Under the pieces are notes generated by a model. It worked only from the letters and a program-made list of their open reading frames with translations, was not told the origin of the DNA and did no database searches. This document shows positions 26,801-28,437 of a stretch of 28,437 nt of DNA, piece by piece; position 1 is the first letter of the stretch; every line of letters begins with the position of its first letter. Origin of the DNA: a virus (taxonomy: Duplodnaviria > Caudoviricetes). The DNA lies in IMG/VR virus record IMGVR_UViG_3300008267_001272, positions 1 through 28,437 of that record; one strand, given 5' to 3'. The position numbers and the translations under genes were made by a program.

Positions 26801-26834
26801 AGGAATTATTAAACGTAAGGGTAATTGCCCATAA
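20886..26834 (+). CDS. giant polyvalent cargo protein (1982 aa): ejection-type helical region, degenerate PD-(D/E)xK nuclease, ART-PolyVal-like ADP-ribosyltransferase, DdrB-like ParB domain
   Basis: E..EE..Q and FGGLIGGVAG ejection motifs at about 22180-22360. Nuclease-like region 23769-24350. YHG...GIYFT...VYL.MKNP...DG...QYVVFDPKQIK at 24699-25127. RYKIIEA..L.PSH...QPKNR...GAPIV......QGNNR at about 25350-25850. Confidence 0.8.
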   Translation: MGKKQTLNVADAIAQDLGISTISTENNGGDIADSIAKDIGLTPSIQPYSLSDVEKDVEKTRLKEVQAEKSRELYDTRPEYAGLNKEEKEYLVKKEKEGKLVGEDLARAAWTMAGNDPTQKKVAEKDAKGNKIYSDLGELYKKGEEKGFFSSALTDIELSKYSGGNYYMKDRGDGTLVPVPLAYNEKPEAKNVKDAQVFSSLDDDAYGDSRFVDVAKKAWNIIPAVAQGFVSIPETVQGLITGKTGKGYEVTKDVLEAAKFKTSQEFQKGIIDSQKIDEFSDFLSKDVYDLSPDKIINTVVNVASSLGEFAVTRKFVPVGGKAGTFAAGTVMNIKEPLQAAEDAGVEGRAKYAVAATYALAASGLETALGIEGKIFDDAATVAKKQMINKIIKDNVDVVGGKLTKESVENLYKETLKEVPSFYAKYAKNTVGEVTEEVAQNMIQNATQQIHDMVVKDDPEAAKFNTKFWSPEALAEYANSAFGGLIGGVAGSRFIKNKQSQTAYDAIRDGKENDLKVQLSSSLKEGRLTQDDYDRAIFKIDSYKQYYEATKDRNVTDEEKRKIFDLTYEKENTKSGLENIKQNNPGGINDGLIAAKEQEVRDYTQQINDIWSTAEARTSESPVAESKAQVPQWKTDLDTFSKEVGNADKQVSQNFVTKDKIETAVGASPQLNELAKPFSVDFKAPHLPEDAGNIQIRDGVLYEPYLVKQEGKEDVVNTRQLPVYAMEDKDGGTWLFASGEKTDLDAPDVSYLIKLNEEGGYEGHQEFKYETAKKNELTFDDIVPTFNKLGIKTASLTDEIKGIENIPQAEFEEVEDIETEAEDVAPIESEQFKNVYEKVKAGVGKAKLKLLPNNAVGVTIDGEDVPFASQRYLNKEDLPSGDVEVNVRTVENIEGKYGRGVLIETQEGVPLGYIRRAGKVETGRVAAEKISPTEDVDIDVPVELTDAAKEKIQQIEKDQENYELVEDELGRRYVNKKTGESYNSVSTFVSGKSGGDFKGDKRLKETAFKVGNIINGIVKDFFNGTIKSYSNYAENISRDDYDDIVRQLQDVLEYAKDKGYSIVTKPLIIADDVNKIAGQPNVLMIDENGKFYVYDVATLRNKQGVETKELLNKRYKDRPTNAERISAQVNILADILNNKYGLEVGKVGVIPFDVDYEVAKEGQPVQITQAVRTKRVDFKRKQILKPTGKTTAAEVKEKVEEVKPEEKAEGKVPLTITSQVRQQLYDLGYSKEDVNAMKPEQAQGIIEKQAAKPKASSESEKILKAYPELKDTKVTDRTGAPLLVYHGGVKFDDFNPSQTKNDKGIYFTDNKDFALYFAHQAEIFERDKRGDDYRDIPEELLSSGEPFPEKYFKYAKVHSVYLDMKNPTIVDAIDAKDIPKNYEPNADGFIAKYTGDFGYKGGQYVVFDPKQIKNANVKAVEQSIKEQTKAEAKPVEKEVVKEEVKTEEQETKEQLKETESLLSGDAEKNRKTGKFVKNGIEFVRNKKGQGEKGNQGQVRFTNEAGGAGVVVPFRYKIIEAETLQPSHEGGIRNPLHFIPEAQPKNRNDAGSLQAEDSFAENPRFNELGENTNAYSGAPIVNERNEVIQGNNRSAGLRKGYKQGNEKYKKDLVDNAEKFGFTKEQVSEFKEPILVRETAVTDEFSIELGNYDAKDLETGGKRRIDPVAVVRRMPFDVKGKISNILFREEDKTLNQAIRDNIKDFINLINPYLNQAQRNTIFKDGELTEAGAKDLEGVVQQFLYDGGDVALPELFESLSYNQKEGIKKSLPNIFSVGYEKSIIPEIQEAIIALSNFNASGVDKFNNWLTQQDMFAEGKTPKEIYTPVALELAKTLNSATSQKQIQKIFAEYAGLVKDKLADMFEEAKEGLSKKEGIKQIFKVEYEESKKISERGGAEIDKEPSAEGGEDVAEQKAKSVKSIFDESVKLFYKIRGTEGAAKKRNLTQERKELLKENPSVRFIDNNISSIFEQLEKQGIIKRKGNCP

Positions 26835-26845
26835 AATAAAACAAA

Positions 26846-27349
26846 ATGAAAAAACCTAAAAAATTACCACAAGAAATTGTAGATTTATTGATGCCGAGAT
26901 TAAAGGACGAATTTACTGCTTATTATCATTATAGAGCGCTTTCTAACTATTGTCAAGGTGTAGGGTTTATGAAAGCTGCAAAGTTCTTTCAGGGAGAATC
27001 TGAAAACGAATTAGGGCACGCTAAAAAGATTGAGAACTATTTAGTTGATTGGAATGTAAATCCACAATTACCAAAAATTGACGAGCCTAAGATTGAGTTC
27101 AAAGGATTGTTAGAAGGTATTGAAATGTCTTACAGTATTGAATATGCTTTGTACGAAGATTACGAAGATACATCAATGAAAATCTTTAAAGAAGGTGATG
27201 TTTGTACTTTTGACTTCTTACAATTTTTCAGAACCGAACAAACTGCTGCGGTTGCTGAATATTCTGATATGTTAAATATGTTAGAAGGAACAGATACAGC
27301 TAGTAAATTTGAATTATTAATGCTTGAAGAAAAATTATTTGGAGAATAA
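26846..27349 (+). CDS. ftn: ferritin (non-heme, four-helix bundle; 167 aa)
   Basis: Aligns by eye to E. coli FtnA with a constant +5 offset. E22, Y29, E55, H58, E99, E131 and Q132 correspond to E17, Y24, E50, H53, E94, E126 and Q127; the D..TFDFLQ motif is present. Confidence 0.9.
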   Translation: MKKPKKLPQEIVDLLMPRLKDEFTAYYHYRALSNYCQGVGFMKAAKFFQGESENELGHAKKIENYLVDWNVNPQLPKIDEPKIEFKGLLEGIEMSYSIEYALYEDYEDTSMKIFKEGDVCTFDFLQFFRTEQTAAVAEYSDMLNMLEGTDTASKFELLMLEEKLFGE

Positions 27350-28437
27350 TGGCTGATTGTATTATTGTATATAATGGCAAAGAATATGACTACGCTGCGT
27401 TCGCGACAATGTTGCACGATGGCTTATTGCAGAAATTTGTAGGCGACAAAGTTGTAAATAAAAACGAACTTAAAGGCGACAAAACTTTCTTAAAAGAAGC
27501 TGTTAAACGCAAAGAGCAAGTCCGTGAAAAAATCAACAAAGTAGTTAATGCTCTTAAAAAAGCAAATCCTAATTTAGTAATAGAGGAGGACGAAACTATT
27601 GTTGATAAAGATGGGCAGCCGTTGGCAGGGGTTGTAATGAAAGACAAAGACGGTAAGATAGTGGTTAAGATTAATCCTAATTACGCCGGATTAGACACTC
27701 CTATTCACGAGGCAGGTCATATATTCATTGATGCTATTGGATACGATAATAAAGTAATACAAGCTGCTATTAACCAATTAAAAGACACTAAACTTTGGAA
27801 AGATACAAAGAAAAGGTATCCTGAATTAAGTGAAAAGAATTTAGGCAAAGAGGTGTTAGCTGAAGCTATTGGTAGAGAAGGTGCTGACATATTTGAAAAA
27901 GACGAACAAAAGAGTAAGTTCAAACAATTTTTGGATTACATCTTTGATAAGATTAAGAGTTTATTTGGTATTCAAAAGAATCTTGCAAAAGAATTAGCTA
28001 AACAAGTATTGGCTGGTAAATTTGAAGTTGCTGAATTAGAGGAAGAATCATACGAGCAAAGGACTGGTAAAACTCCTAAGCTTACACGTTCTGAGTTTTT
28101 CAGTAAGGCTTACGAAAGAGTAGGTATGCAATTAGAAACATTTGAAACAGAAATTGCACGACTTGAAAATAAATTAAGACAAACACTTACTGTATCTGAA
28201 AGAAAAGAAACTCAAAAGAAATATGATATTGCTAAATCAAGATTAGAAGATTTTGAAAAAGCTTTCAAGAAATATTCATTTGATTATAATAAAATAAACC
28301 GATTAAGATTATCTGAAGGTAATTTAGACAATAAGAGTTTAGATGAATTAACCGATTTGTATAACTTAACGGTAGAGTTTGATCCTAATTCTGACAATGC
28401 CTTTTTAGCAGAGGTAAAATACAGAATAGCTTATTTA
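27349..28437 (+). CDS. 3'-truncated giant cargo protein with a zincin metallopeptidase domain (HExxH)
   Basis: Not in the ORF track because it has no stop in the window. ATG 27349 overlaps the ferritin stop (TAATG) and the frame is open for 363 codons: MADCIIVYNGKEYDY...INPNYAGLDTPIHEAGHIFID...KEVLAEAIG. HEAGH is at 27706-27720 and the downstream EVLAE likely supplies the third Zn ligand. Confidence 0.85.
   Translation, partial: MADCIIVYNGKEYDYAAFATMLHDGLLQKFVGDKVVNKNELKGDKTFLKEAVKRKEQVREKINKVVNALKKANPNLVIEEDETIVDKDGQPLAGVVMKDKDGKIVVKINPNYAGLDTPIHEAGHIFIDAIGYDNKVIQAAINQLKDTKLWKDTKKRYPELSEKNLGKEVLAEAIGREGADIFEKDEQKSKFKQFLDYIFDKIKSLFGIQKNLAKELAKQVLAGKFEVAELEEESYEQRTGKTPKLTRSEFFSKAYERVGMQLETFETEIARLENKLRQTLTVSERKETQKKYDIAKSRLEDFEKAFKKYSFDYNKINRLRLSEGNLDNKSLDELTDLYNLTVEFDPNSDNAFLAEVKYRIAYL

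Noticed and set aside
2445-27923. All minus-strand ORFs in the track (e.g. 2445, 4878, 5312, 7239, 15330, 16105, 20439, 25025, 27390)
   Set aside because: They are short, lie antisense to convincing plus-strand genes and have no recognisable motifs; they are shadow ORFs.
1-28437. Stop-codon reassignment (TAG or TGA), as in some crAss-like phages
   Set aside because: Long genes are intact under the standard code. TAG (4318-4320, 15976-15978) and TGA (8316-8318, 8972-8974) end genes at natural boundaries. The broken genes need frame changes, not read-through.
1-28437. CRISPR array, tRNA/rRNA, transposase, integrase, intron or intein
   Set aside because: No regularly spaced repeat-spacer units were seen. 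Intergenic gaps are too short for structured RNA genes once the hidden small genes are counted, and no relevant motifs were recognised.

Overview
This window is the virion morphogenesis region of a crAss-like (Crassvirales-type) podophage. The host is most likely an environmental Bacteroidota, judging from A-rich leaders without Shine-Dalgarno sites and TAnnTTTG promoter boxes. All credible genes are on the + strand and use the standard code. Gene order: a 5'-truncated auxiliary-capsid-like gene; decoration/fiber genes, including a tandemly duplicated receptor-binding-like cassette; a lysis cassette (four small membrane proteins, an amidase endolysin, a probable unimolecular spanin); the crAss-type tail block (ring protein, IHF/HU-like protein, tail tubular protein, 1404-aa muzzle/stabilization protein); and cargo/ejection proteins. 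The cargo genes include a GG-motif-punctuated mosaic protein, a 1982-aa polyvalent protein (apparently inactivated PD-(D/E)xK nuclease, ART-like and DdrB/ParB-like domains), a ferritin and a 3'-truncated HExxH giant protein. The ORF track misses several genes that are broken by frame changes or apparent internal deletions (about 2141, 4519, 6445, 7385 and 16300). These could be real lesions, recoding sites or assembly errors. All family assignments come from motif recognition by eye and recall, not from database searches.
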